Of a stretch of DNA of 64,000 nt, positions 17,017 to 26,190 are shown one piece after another. The stretch is from a virus. The position numbers and the translations under genes were made by a program. The stretch is taken from IMG/VR virus record IMGVR_UViG_3300009194_000008, positions 34,859 to 98,858 of that record; one strand, written 5' to 3'. Each line of letters starts with the position of its first letter. Position 1 is the stretch's first letter. The notes beneath the pieces are model-generated. The model was not told where the DNA came from, did no database searches, and saw only the letters and a list, made by a program, of their open reading frames with translations.

Positions 17017-17769
17017 TTACACCAACCGCAGGCACGGACGCCACCCATAGGCAAGGTCGGTTGCCGATGAGACATCAGCGTTGAAGTCAGTCACATCCGT
17101 CGTCCCACCACGCAGAATCCGCTGGCCGGCATCCAGGTCAGAGACTTCTTGGGTCCAGGACGCACTACCGTCACCTGATCCGACAATCAAATCGGCGTTG
17201 GTATAACCAACACCCCAACCCAGGCCGGTGGGATCATCCACGTGCACCGGGTACATCAGTCGGTTCCACTCACCACCTGAGGCGGCTGCAGGATCACCAT
17301 CACCACCCGTCAACAGGGTGACTCGGAATTGATAACCGTCAATAGTGATGATCGGTGCGCCACCATCATTGAGTACGACGCCTGCAGCGCTGAGGGCATC
17401 CCAGGACACACTGTTGTGAATCGGCTTCTTAGCGACAAAGAGGATCTCACCATCTTTGACAAACTTCAGCCAGGCGGATTCTGCATCGTGCCGCAGAGTC
17501 CCTTCGGTAACACCCACCTCGGTGGCCAAAGCACCATAAGTGATCATATCGGCTCCGGCGACCTCGCCGAAGAATCCGGTAGTGCCGTCACCGTTAGCCA
17601 ATGCTGCCGGACCAGGCGCCAGCGACCGGGTGCTCACCTCAACACCCCCTAAGGTAACACCGTCATGGAGACGCAGGGTGTTGCGCTCCGTATCCACTGA
17701 CAACTCACCTGGACTTAATACCAGTTGGTTGTTCTTGGCGGTGTTACCGCGCAATAACTGTATCCTCAT
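17017..17769 (-). CDS. Tail protein: Mtd-N + phiKZ gp131-family domain
   Basis: IQLLRG...LRLHDGVTLGG; GFFGEV...WLKF...AKKP...VSW...GEWNRL...SWTQE...GWRPCLRL. Confidence 0.75.
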   Translation of the reverse strand: MRIQLLRGNTAKNNQLVLSPGELSVDTERNTLRLHDGVTLGGVEVSTRSLAPGPAALANGDGTTGFFGEVAGADMITYGALATEVGVTEGTLRHDAESAWLKFVKDGEILFVAKKPIHNSVSWDALSAAGVVLNDGGAPIITIDGYQFRVTLLTGGDGDPAAASGGEWNRLMYPVHVDDPTGLGWGVGYTNADLIVGSGDGSASWTQEVSDLDAGQRILRGGTTDVTDFNADVSSATDLAYGWRPCLRLV

Positions 17770-17876
17770 GGATCACTCCTTATGCACCCATTTCATTGGA
17801 AACGGAAGAAGCTCCCGTTATCCGTCGGTTGACTGTTGACCAAAATCACATCTCTGTCATACCATCGGTGTTTTTC

Positions 17877-17917
17877 GGCATAAACAGGACCCCACTTAAG
17901 GGGTCCGGTGTTATGTT
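17877..17917. terminator. Conserved hairpin element
   Basis: GGCATAA-GGACCCC-acttaa-GGGGTCC-TTATGT. Confidence 0.65.
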
Positions 17918-17920
17918 ACT

Positions 17921-18304
17921 TCACAGAAAAAACTTGAAAACGGCAAGAGTATTTCCGATTATGCCATTAATCAGTTCACTCACTCCAGTACTTTTCGGTG
18001 TAACGATTTCGGCCACCGCCAACGCAACCCCGAAAATACCCATCAGCCCCGAGACCGCTAGTAACACGGTTCGGTAGCTGTCCCGACCTCGCACCTGTCC
18101 AACTTCGCGTTCCAGTAGTCGTTCCTGTAACGATGTGTCCGGTAGCTGATAGACCAATGATAAGACTTCTTGACCAGTCGTTTCCCGAGACACGCTATTA
18201 TTGCCAGGGAGGTAGGCATTGAGAACCAGTAACAAGGTACTGGAGTAAGGACTACGTCGCAGGGGTTTATCACCCAATTCGATTAGGGCGGCTTCGACAT
18301 TCAT
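17921..18304 (-). CDS. Membrane protein, possible holin
   Basis: C-terminal hydrophobic segments (VLLAVSGLMGIFGVALAVAEI); directly downstream of spanin-like genes. Confidence 0.4.
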   Translation of the reverse strand: MNVEAALIELGDKPLRRSPYSSTLLLVLNAYLPGNNSVSRETTGQEVLSLVYQLPDTSLQERLLEREVGQVRGRDSYRTVLLAVSGLMGIFGVALAVAEIVTPKSTGVSELINGIIGNTLAVFKFFL

Positions 18305-18672
18305 TCGCTCGCCTCCATGTCCTGTTGTAAATCATACCACCCCCGAAGACCTTCCAGTTGATTATTGCAATTACCCAATTCCTGGGTTTGTTCATTCCAG
18401 TGGTCTGTCATTAACAGGAAACGGGCTTCCCACACATTTTCGGCTTGTGGGTAATAGCTGTCCGCGGTTACTAACATCTCACGGCTTGGAGGTGACGCTA
18501 CATAACATGGCTTAGTCAGACTGATTGGCGGTACAATCAGCTGAGGTTCCTCCGGCACGGCAGTATGTGTCGCGCATCCCGCGAGCCAAACGGTCAAAGT
18601 GGTCAGTAGTAACAGCCCGATCAGGTTCGGGGGTGGGACTCTGGGCTTCAGGCACTCGGGGAGGCGTCTCAT
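18301..18672 (-). CDS. o-spanin (Rz1-like lipoprotein)
   Basis: Lipobox LIGLLLLTTLTVWLAG/C; Pro-rich linker; L..CN.QL..LR motif; overlaps the 3' end of the i-spanin in another frame. Confidence 0.75.
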   Translation of the reverse strand: MRRLPECLKPRVPPPNLIGLLLLTTLTVWLAGCATHTAVPEEPQLIVPPISLTKPCYVASPPSREMLVTADSYYPQAENVWEARFLLMTDHWNEQTQELGNCNNQLEGLRGWYDLQQDMEASE

Positions 18673-19084
18673 TAACTGCTGGAGCCGCTTCAGCCACTTC
18701 GGTAGGGGTAGGGTCTGGGGTCGGAGTGACAGGCACTGAGGTGTCTTCTGCTGCGTTTTTAAAGATAAGGTAGTCACGAATCAGTTCCTCGCGATCCAGG
18801 CGTTGTTGATGGCGGTTTTCTACCAAGTCTTGAGTGACTGTGGCGACCACGGTCTGATCTATTTTTTGGCGTTCTTGGGCGTTAGCATGAAGTGCCACCG
18901 CCTGTTGGACGGCTTCTTCACTGACATGCAGGTCCCCTGCCAGTGACTCGACCCGTTGGGTTTGAAGGTACAGCGCCAGCCCAAGTAACAGGAGAGCCCC
19001 TAGGAAAACACCTTCGTACCACTTTGGACGTATCTTGGTCAATAACCCGCGTAGCATAGTTGGTTCCTTGAGCAGCACACTCAA
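18512..19084 (-). CDS. i-spanin (Rz-like)
   Basis: N-terminal TM (VFLGALLLLGLALYL), coiled coil, Pro/Thr linker, C-terminal Cys pair. Confidence 0.7.
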   Translation of the reverse strand: MSVLLKEPTMLRGLLTKIRPKWYEGVFLGALLLLGLALYLQTQRVESLAGDLHVSEEAVQQAVALHANAQERQKIDQTVVATVTQDLVENRHQQRLDREELIRDYLIFKNAAEDTSVPVTPTPDPTPTEVAEAAPAVNETPPRVPEAQSPTPEPDRAVTTDHFDRLARGMRDTYCRAGGTSADCTANQSD

Positions 19085-19656
19085 ATCATGAAACGTAAGT
19101 AGTGTAGCCCGACGGCTGTTGCATCAACAGCATGTTCGTCCAGTGTGTCAAGGCCCACTCCCCACTCTAGATCACGTCGCAACGCCAGAGCGTCACGTAC
19201 GATGCTTTTCTTATCTTTCATTTTGCGCATTGCTGACAGATCCACCCCTGCTGCCATCTTGGCCACATTGGGTTCTACCTGATACAGCGGTAGATACGCA
19301 TCATACGCCATAAGCGCTTGACGAACAACCGCCAAGCATTCAGTTAGGGCCGCAAAAGTTTGCACAAAGCGACCCTGATAAGGCGATTCGGCAATCACCG
19401 CTTGTGGTCGGATGCAATGAAGTAAGTAGAGCAGCTCGTCATGGTGTTGTTGCAGTCGTGCTGTTCGTCCACCATGGAGTTCTTCAATTGCACCGTACCC
19501 ATTGGTGTTGTTGGTCGCCTTTAACGTAAAACCGTCTTCCACTCGATACTTCGGTGACTCAAGGTCCCAGCTAAGAATGGACACCCCCAAGGTGGAGGTG
19601 CCCGGATCTATGCCCATGACCGTGAAGGGTCGAGTGGAGGTGGGCATTACCAGCAC
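19081..19656 (-). CDS. ruvC: RuvC-like Holliday junction resolvase
   Basis: VMGIDPG, IAES, DEHAVDA acidic catalytic motifs. Confidence 0.85.
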   Translation of the reverse strand: MLVMPTSTRPFTVMGIDPGTSTLGVSILSWDLESPKYRVEDGFTLKATNNTNGYGAIEELHGGRTARLQQHHDELLYLLHCIRPQAVIAESPYQGRFVQTFAALTECLAVVRQALMAYDAYLPLYQVEPNVAKMAAGVDLSAMRKMKDKKSIVRDALALRRDLEWGVGLDTLDEHAVDATAVGLHYLRFMI

Positions 19657-19658
19657 GG

Positions 19659-20546
19659 TTACAGGAAGGTCGCGTTGTTGACGTCCTGCTCACCCAGCAT
19701 CGGTTCAACCCCACCCACGTCCAGCGTGAAGGTTGCCCCGTTGGTGGCGTACCCGATCGCATGATAGGTCGCGACATGCACATTCACCTGACAGGCAATG
19801 CACTCTTGGTAGGTGAACGTCCCGGCACCACCCGAACTGCCCTGGACTTCCTTGTCGACACCGGAACACAGGGCGATCTCGGAGATCACTGGTGAGCGAA
19901 CGGACCCTGTACGGATTTTGTGGGCATTGAGGATTTCGGCGATATCATCCGGACCCAACTCAACGGTCATCACCGCTGAAGCGGACTCAGAACTACTGGA
20001 ACCGAGGACGATACCAGTGTTTGAGATAGCGGGGCGTTCCGGGTTGAGGTTATCGGTAGTCGGGGTAAAAGGCGTGGTGGTTGCCACCCCATCAGTCACC
20101 TCTACACGCTGTAGCTGCGCTACCACATCGTCCATGGTAATACGACGCAGATAGTAGGCCACATAGTTCACCCCATCGTGGGTTTCCAGCACCCGTAAGG
20201 CGTAACGGTCACGAACATGCGCCGGGAGATCATTGGTGACTTCACGTAACACAAAGGGGATCTGTCCATAGAGACCCGCATCAGTAGCGCGATGCGGGAC
20301 CGGTACGGTTTCATCACTACCATCGTCAGCCTTGACGGTAGCGTGGCCCAGGTTACCGATCGCGAAGTAGCGCATGGCTGGGGTCTGTGTCGCAGGCGGA
20401 GTAACACCGGCCTGAACATCGAAACGTTCATTGAGAGTGGTGTTCTCAATCAATTCAAACGGGATGCCCAGGTTTTTGATCGTTTGCAAATACGTCCCGT
20501 AAACAGTCCGCGTGACGCCAATGATTTCTTGGTCCATAGAGGCCAT
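19659..20546 (-). CDS. phiKZ-like conserved virion/baseplate protein
   Basis: NTTLNE...YFAIGNLGH...H...DA.LY..IPFVLR....DL...R..Y.LR...YY pattern recalled from phiKZ-like structural proteins. Confidence 0.6.
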   Translation of the reverse strand: MASMDQEIIGVTRTVYGTYLQTIKNLGIPFELIENTTLNERFDVQAGVTPPATQTPAMRYFAIGNLGHATVKADDGSDETVPVPHRATDAGLYGQIPFVLREVTNDLPAHVRDRYALRVLETHDGVNYVAYYLRRITMDDVVAQLQRVEVTDGVATTTPFTPTTDNLNPERPAISNTGIVLGSSSSESASAVMTVELGPDDIAEILNAHKIRTGSVRSPVISEIALCSGVDKEVQGSSGGAGTFTYQECIACQVNVHVATYHAIGYATNGATFTLDVGGVEPMLGEQDVNNATFL

Positions 20547-20616
20547 GATGTATTCCTTTCCTTAATTCGTGTGGGACTAATATCGTCAAAGGATTAGTGG
20601 TGTTTTGTTAAAGTAA

Positions 20617-21102
20617 TCAACGTAACCTAAGGTTGATCCCATCAAAATGGAAGCGGTCTTCTACTGTTTCGTTCCACAACAACTCCACAGGATGACTGTA
20701 CGAGTCTTCGATTGACCGTAGTTCACGAATCAACACCCCCCACTGTTTTTGAAAATATCGAACGGAGGAGAACGAATCTCCACGGTCGATGTAGCGAATA
20801 AGATAATCATCCAGTAGGGATGGGTGTGGATACACTCGGTAATGAAAAATTTCCTGATTGATGAGTTGTTGAATGATGGGCATCTCAGTCGCAGCGAAGA
20901 TAATCCTTGCGGTTGATAGATGACACTTTAACATTCTAATGTAGTTTACCGGAAAAGTCGGATCACCGCGGTATCCATTTGTATCGAGGTCTATCACCGT
21001 ATCATCCGGTATGGATTTCGTGTGATATAGTTGGTTTTGTATTGACCGGAACATCCGGGACTTTCCCACGCCCGGAAAACCACAGACGACATGTGGTTGC
21101 AT
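20617..21102 (-). CDS. Small P-loop NTPase/kinase-like protein
   Basis: Walker A GFPGVGKS; FP.NYI...VYP...Y..R...RG. Confidence 0.65.
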   Translation of the reverse strand: MQPHVVCGFPGVGKSRMFRSIQNQLYHTKSIPDDTVIDLDTNGYRGDPTFPVNYIRMLKCHLSTARIIFAATEMPIIQQLINQEIFHYRVYPHPSLLDDYLIRYIDRGDSFSSVRYFQKQWGVLIRELRSIEDSYSHPVELLWNETVEDRFHFDGINLRLR

Positions 21103-21107
21103 GAGGG

Positions 21108-21659
21108 TTACCCGAATGTGAAGTCAGTGGTTAATGCTACCCGAAACTCCCCTGGGTGGGGGAGTACATAGTGAGGGATGTAACACGGAAAGATCACCAT
21201 CATACCCGTTGTCGGGGAAATGTGGTGATTCGCGAAATATCCACGTCGAACCGGTGTGGGGTATGATCGACATGCCGCACCACGGGGATCCATCAGGGTG
21301 AGGTCCCCTGGCGCCGCCGCAAGATACAACACCGTGGTCAACAGTGAATGACCGTGGATATGGGGTTCAATCCCGGCGTTGTTATGTCCATGAACCGCCC
21401 AACTGTGATAGGACATTGTTGATTCGTCAATTGGGTAATCCCAGCAGTCTTTTGTGTACTGTAAGACGGCTGGTACGATTACCTCGCGCCGCAAGCGCCA
21501 CAAGTAGGGCGTGTGTTCCTCACTAATGATCTCTTGCTCGTCCGCACCCCACTGGGCCATTTGCGGACTACTAAAGATTTCAGTAATGGCGCGTTCTTCG
21601 TCGATGTCCTTTATAACCTGTTGTCCAATCTGTGTGCGCCACGGTTCATGGTATTCCAT
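21108..21659 (-). CDS. 2OG-Fe(II) oxygenase-like protein (HxH...H type)
   Basis: SW...PHIH...LTTVLYL...L.L.DPR...G.MVIFP.YIPH.V...R. Confidence 0.8.
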   Translation of the reverse strand: MEYHEPWRTQIGQQVIKDIDEERAITEIFSSPQMAQWGADEQEIISEEHTPYLWRLRREVIVPAVLQYTKDCWDYPIDESTMSYHSWAVHGHNNAGIEPHIHGHSLLTTVLYLAAAPGDLTLMDPRGAACRSYPTPVRRGYFANHHISPTTGMMVIFPCYIPHYVLPHPGEFRVALTTDFTFG

Positions 21660-22759
21660 TACGCCTCCCGGCTAGTGGCAATTAAACCACTCTCATTAAC
21701 GTAGGGGGTAGGTTCCAGCTGACCTGTCATCCCATTAGCTTCGATAATGTCTGGTGCTAGACGTTTCATTTTCTGACAATGGTGTTCGACCAGACCCAAG
21801 GCCTTATGGTCGTGGGTTGTCTTTTTGCAGGAATTACAAATCGAAAACATGGGACACCCATAACAGCTATACTTCATCACGCTGATTTCGGGGTCGTTCT
21901 GTAGTGGTGTGGTCAACTCTCCGGTCATTTCACTATTAAAGTCAATCGCGTATTTTTTATCGTCAGCAAATGCTGGACAGCTATAGTAGTCGCCGGATGG
22001 TTGTAGCGTACGTATCCCTGCATCACACTGTCGCGACAATGGGCAAGTAGTGAGTTCCCCTCTCAACTTACGTACCATCTGCTTTGTATTATATTCCCAC
22101 TCCGTGAGGCCGGCTTTCCATATATCAACGTAGTGTCCATACATGTCAGCAAGTAGGTAAAGGGATCCCTCATTGCCCATTTGTCGGCCTTTGATCTCTA
22201 CCGATGGCCCCGATGACATTGCGTAGTTGGCTTTACATTCAACTTCCATCTCACGGGCCAGACGGACGTGATCCAAAACCCGGTCGGCATTGTCTTCATC
22301 GATAACCGAAATGAAGTCTGGCCGGTAACCACAGATATCCAACATGCAATCGGAGACTTTCCAGAACTCTTCTTCGGTAAAGGGGGTAAAATCCCCCTTC
22401 AGTCGCTTATCGCCGTACTGGAAACTGGTAATTACCGAGAACTTTGGGTGTTGAAAAACCGCCCGCCAACGCTCGGGTTTCTTGTAGAACGGCCACAGGT
22501 TACTGGTGATACTTACAATAACATCAAGGTTCTCATCATCGAGGTAGTCCAGCAGTTCTTGGTAATAGTCAGGGGTCATCATCAGCGGATCGCCACCGTT
22601 GACAATAATTGTCTCTGTCTCCGGGAACCTAACCAGGAAGGCTTTGATTTGATCCAATGACAACTCATCCCCTGCATCATCGGCAATCGACGTACTGGAA
22701 CAGAAGGTGCATTTGAAATTACACCGTTCTGTTGGTTTAATTACGAGATCCACACCCAC
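21659..22759 (-). CDS. Radical SAM/SPASM-domain enzyme B
   Basis: CNFKCTFC (CxxxCxxC), GGDP, SPASM-type Cys: CPLSRQC...SC...CYGC...CNSC...HC. Confidence 0.92.
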   Translation of the reverse strand: MGVDLVIKPTERCNFKCTFCSSTSIADDAGDELSLDQIKAFLVRFPETETIIVNGGDPLMMTPDYYQELLDYLDDENLDVIVSITSNLWPFYKKPERWRAVFQHPKFSVITSFQYGDKRLKGDFTPFTEEEFWKVSDCMLDICGYRPDFISVIDEDNADRVLDHVRLAREMEVECKANYAMSSGPSVEIKGRQMGNEGSLYLLADMYGHYVDIWKAGLTEWEYNTKQMVRKLRGELTTCPLSRQCDAGIRTLQPSGDYYSCPAFADDKKYAIDFNSEMTGELTTPLQNDPEISVMKYSCYGCPMFSICNSCKKTTHDHKALGLVEHHCQKMKRLAPDIIEANGMTGQLEPTPYVNESGLIATSREA

Positions 22760-22762
22760 TCC

Positions 22763-23830
22763 TTAGTCGGCCCACCCGACTTTAACTGGATTGCCTGACG
22801 CACGGTTGGCCAGTGCCCAGAAAACCAGATTCGTGGTAAACATGCGCGATTCCATGGGAGGAACAATGAGCGTCAACCGATCCAACTGCGTATAAGCGTC
22901 AATATACCCGTCCACTATTTCGTCGTCGGGGAGTTCGAGAAGTTCAATCGGCACAGTCATTTCACGCACATTTGTCTCGAGGTACGTGTTGGTGTTGATG
23001 GTGTTAAGGAGTTTGCGGAGATCGTGTTGATATCCTTCCTTAAACGCCACGATTTTCTCAGAAGATGAAAATACATCTTCAAGGTCAACCTCACGCGACA
23101 CTACCTTGAGTCCTTCGATATCACGCAGTGGGGAATTCATAGTCAGTGTAGCGGTGGGGAGCTCCCCTAGCATCTTTTTAATATGTGGCGAGAAATACAG
23201 ATACCCCAACTTACTCCGTTGTGTTTCTATTTGATCATTAATTGCCCGATAAAGGCGATGACGTAGTCGTGTGGGTAAGGTAGTATCCTCTTCACCTGCC
23301 ATATGGCCGAGCAGGCGGTATTCCACCGGGAGGTGTTCGTGGTGGTTGTTCAAAAACTCAAATACTACATCGGAGCGCGACATTTCTGTCATGCACCGTT
23401 TGATAAAGTTAGGTGTTGTCGTTTCACTACCCCAAATGAACGTTGATTCAGAGCGTTCACGGTTAAGGAACAGTAAGAACGCAAGTTCACACAGCGCGCT
23501 ATGGGAAAGCTTTGGGAACAGGTGACGAACCCAGAAACAGAAAAGCTTGACATAGGCCTCGTCGTCACAGAAGATAACCACGGGCCTGTCGCGGTCACAT
23601 AACAGTTCTAACTCATCAGGAAAAACACTCGTAATAAAGTCATCGACGTCCTTGGTATAATAACAGGTCTGTGCGAGTTCTGGAATACCTAACGACTTCG
23701 ACAGTCGATCATCTTCGGATTCTAGAAAATGATCCTCAATACCACTACCAATGATGTATCGTTGGGTGTTACTGTTGAGGTGGTCAATATGGTCAACATA
23801 AACGTCGTCAAATAACAGGTACATTCTCAA
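22763..23830 (-). CDS. Hypothetical protein in radical SAM cassette
   Basis: 355-aa ORF, tightly packed and overlapping with neighbours; no recognised motif. Confidence 0.75.
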   Translation of the reverse strand: MRMYLLFDDVYVDHIDHLNSNTQRYIIGSGIEDHFLESEDDRLSKSLGIPELAQTCYYTKDVDDFITSVFPDELELLCDRDRPVVIFCDDEAYVKLFCFWVRHLFPKLSHSALCELAFLLFLNRERSESTFIWGSETTTPNFIKRCMTEMSRSDVVFEFLNNHHEHLPVEYRLLGHMAGEEDTTLPTRLRHRLYRAINDQIETQRSKLGYLYFSPHIKKMLGELPTATLTMNSPLRDIEGLKVVSREVDLEDVFSSSEKIVAFKEGYQHDLRKLLNTINTNTYLETNVREMTVPIELLELPDDEIVDGYIDAYTQLDRLTLIVPPMESRMFTTNLVFWALANRASGNPVKVGWAD

Positions 23831-24539
23831 CTCCTAATTCACTAACCGCTTTATTGAACCGAGCGATAAACTCTTTCTCATCAAACTCGCCCTGCTGTAT
23901 CCCGATGCCGATCAGGAATACCGGATTTTCAGCATTACACCAAAAAAGTTCCAGTGTACTTCCCCGGTAAAGGGGTTTATCGTAAAGATCCTGATAGTAA
24001 CACAACGGAATAATGGGGGTGCCATCCAGGAGTAATGGGAACAGATCGTGGCCGATTAGTTTAATATAGTTAATTCCCGTTAGATCCCGATCGGTTACTA
24101 CCTCGTGTTGTTTGAAAATATAGTCCTCATTGACCCCGGTCCATTTCATGTTGTAGAGACTGAGTGACTCGATAATACTCAGCCAACGGTAAATAATGTC
24201 ACGGTTTTGAGGGTCGATGATAAGATCGTGGTAGTCGATCCCCGACTCACTGGCAAACCCTTTAATTTGTAGTAATACTTCTAGGACGCCACGTTCCAGC
24301 TGAGGTAGGTCATGCACCATAGGAGAGCGCATATACGCCAGCAACAGAGAAAAATAATCATCGGTTGATGTAAAATCTAACGTTACTTCCATTCCGAGGT
24401 TGGTCAAATACGTCAAAAATACTTGCCCTTCAAGTTTCGACTCCGCTACGTCGATAACCACCTCAGGCGTGGGCTTCTCAGCCACCAGTCTTTTGATAAC
24501 ATCGGTGGGGACTGGAACTACCGTATTAATTGCTTGCAT
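23808..24539 (-). CDS. Hypothetical protein in radical SAM cassette
   Basis: 243-aa ORF with GAGGA RBS, directly downstream of the CHxS protein. Confidence 0.75.
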   Translation of the reverse strand: MQAINTVVPVPTDVIKRLVAEKPTPEVVIDVAESKLEGQVFLTYLTNLGMEVTLDFTSTDDYFSLLLAYMRSPMVHDLPQLERGVLEVLLQIKGFASESGIDYHDLIIDPQNRDIIYRWLSIIESLSLYNMKWTGVNEDYIFKQHEVVTDRDLTGINYIKLIGHDLFPLLLDGTPIIPLCYYQDLYDKPLYRGSTLELFWCNAENPVFLIGIGIQQGEFDEKEFIARFNKAVSELGVENVPVI

Positions 24540-24564
24540 CTAGGTTGTCCTCTATACTTAGTTT

Positions 24565-25137
24565 TTACACACCACCACCGTTACCTGGACCGTCGCCATG
24601 ACAGCTAGAGTGGCAACTATAATGGCAGCTAGAATGACAGAATGTTTCGCTGATGGATACCGTTGAATTCCGTACATTGACCACCTTATTCTTTACCGCC
24701 GTCATGTACGATCTCAGATCGCCATAATCGACCGGATTTCCAGCGGCCGTGCCACTGCCTCCAGGATCACTAATACCTGTCCTATAACCACTATGTAGAT
24801 GACCAATGCGGGTCTCATTAGCAAATACATAATACCTGGAGTTATTGTTGTACCGCATATACACTGAAACACGGCGGATTGCTGTGTACAGCGCGGCATG
24901 TGCGACAATACGACTGCGCATGGTAGACGAGTCAATATTACCGGAGAAGTCACTGGTACTTGGACTATTGTAAAGTCCATTTTTCGACCCAGTGAAGTAC
25001 GACTCGTATGTACTCCGGGCATAGCCGTTGTAATCAGGTGGGTAATTGCCACTTCCCCAACTAATTCCCGAATTCAGAGGATTTCGAATGTAGGCGTTAA
25101 ACAGGTTAACGACGTGCTGTGATGTAACATCGGTCAT
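24565..25137 (-). CDS. Putative radical SAM substrate with C-terminal (CHxS)3-CHG core
   Basis: C-terminus ...ETF-CHSS-CHYS-CHSS-CHG-DGPGNGGGV; lies between two rSAM/SPASM genes. Confidence 0.75.
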   Translation of the reverse strand: MTDVTSQHVVNLFNAYIRNPLNSGISWGSGNYPPDYNGYARSTYESYFTGSKNGLYNSPSTSDFSGNIDSSTMRSRIVAHAALYTAIRRVSVYMRYNNNSRYYVFANETRIGHLHSGYRTGISDPGGSGTAAGNPVDYGDLRSYMTAVKNKVVNVRNSTVSISETFCHSSCHYSCHSSCHGDGPGNGGGV

Positions 25138-25143
25138 GTTTCA

Positions 25144-26184
25144 TTATCCTTCAATCATCGTAAGTGGGATGAGGTTGTCGCCGCCTCTCTGGATGTAACG
25201 CAAAAGATTTTTCAAACCACCGCACCGGTCACCCTGCCAGGGAAGTTGATGACAATCACCGCCACATAGATGAAACACATCACACTGTAAACAGTTGGGG
25301 TGAAAATTCAACTCGTGGGTGATTTCAGCAAGTCGCCCATCGCTGGTAAGAAAGGTTTCAACACTGTCGTCAATCGTGGCATGTTTATTACTTGCTGCGG
25401 TGTTGGGACATCCAGCGAGTGACCCATCGGCGTTCATTGTTACTAGATTCTGTTCGCAGTTACGGCAGTTGGTGTCTGTCTTAACCACCTGTGTATCAAG
25501 CTTCTCCTCAATTATATCTAAGGTGCCGATTGAGAAATTCCAATGGTACTGTGGATCCTTGTATAATTTATAGACCTCGACAAACCAATTATCTTGAGCT
25601 TCGTTATCCGGAAAGATCGCCGGGTTGCGCACGGCGTTACCATCCAGCGTCAGGCGTTCCAGTTTGATGTTCTCCGGCGCTACCTGTTGCATCTCATTAA
25701 GGAACTCCATTATCTCCATATTCACCAGTTCGGTGTTGACCGAAACAAAAACACACCGTGGAATCCCTTCGTTCTTCAAGATGGCAACATTCTTTTCCCA
25801 TAGCGCCTTTTGGTTATGGGTTTCAAAACGAATCCCTACATCCCAGCTGGTACCGACAAACCCAATGCGGCGTAAGAGCGCCAGTTTCCGATCATCCAAC
25901 TTCAACACGAGGTTCGTCGTAATTGTAATTGCAACATTTGGTTGTTTTTCATAATAGGCAACGAATCGTTCCAAATCCTCTATGGGGGCAAGAAGTGGCT
26001 CACCTCCATGTAGGATCAGCATCACCTGTTCCCCTTCTGGGTAGTGGGCGATAAATTGATCAATCCAGGCAATGGTGGCGTCTGCATCCCACTTGACTTT
26101 ACTCCCGTTGCGTCCGTTAGTAAAGCAGTGGTCACAATGCAGGTTACAAGTATCGGACGTCTTAACATAAATTGCCTTACTCAT
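25144..26184 (-). CDS. Radical SAM/SPASM-domain enzyme A
   Basis: CNLHCDHC, HGGEP, TTNL; SPASM CRNC...GCP...CLQC...CGGDC...C. Confidence 0.92.
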   Translation of the reverse strand: MSKAIYVKTSDTCNLHCDHCFTNGRNGSKVKWDADATIAWIDQFIAHYPEGEQVMLILHGGEPLLAPIEDLERFVAYYEKQPNVAITITTNLVLKLDDRKLALLRRIGFVGTSWDVGIRFETHNQKALWEKNVAILKNEGIPRCVFVSVNTELVNMEIMEFLNEMQQVAPENIKLERLTLDGNAVRNPAIFPDNEAQDNWFVEVYKLYKDPQYHWNFSIGTLDIIEEKLDTQVVKTDTNCRNCEQNLVTMNADGSLAGCPNTAASNKHATIDDSVETFLTSDGRLAEITHELNFHPNCLQCDVFHLCGGDCHQLPWQGDRCGGLKNLLRYIQRGGDNLIPLTMIEG

Positions 26185-26190
26185 ACATCC

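Noticed and set aside
4880-17769. Diversity-generating retroelement, suggested by Mtd-N modules and C-terminal (W/Y)RP.L.L lectin-like ends
   Set aside because: No reverse transcriptase in the window and no template/variable repeat pair differing only at adenines was seen; the paralogues differ at all base types
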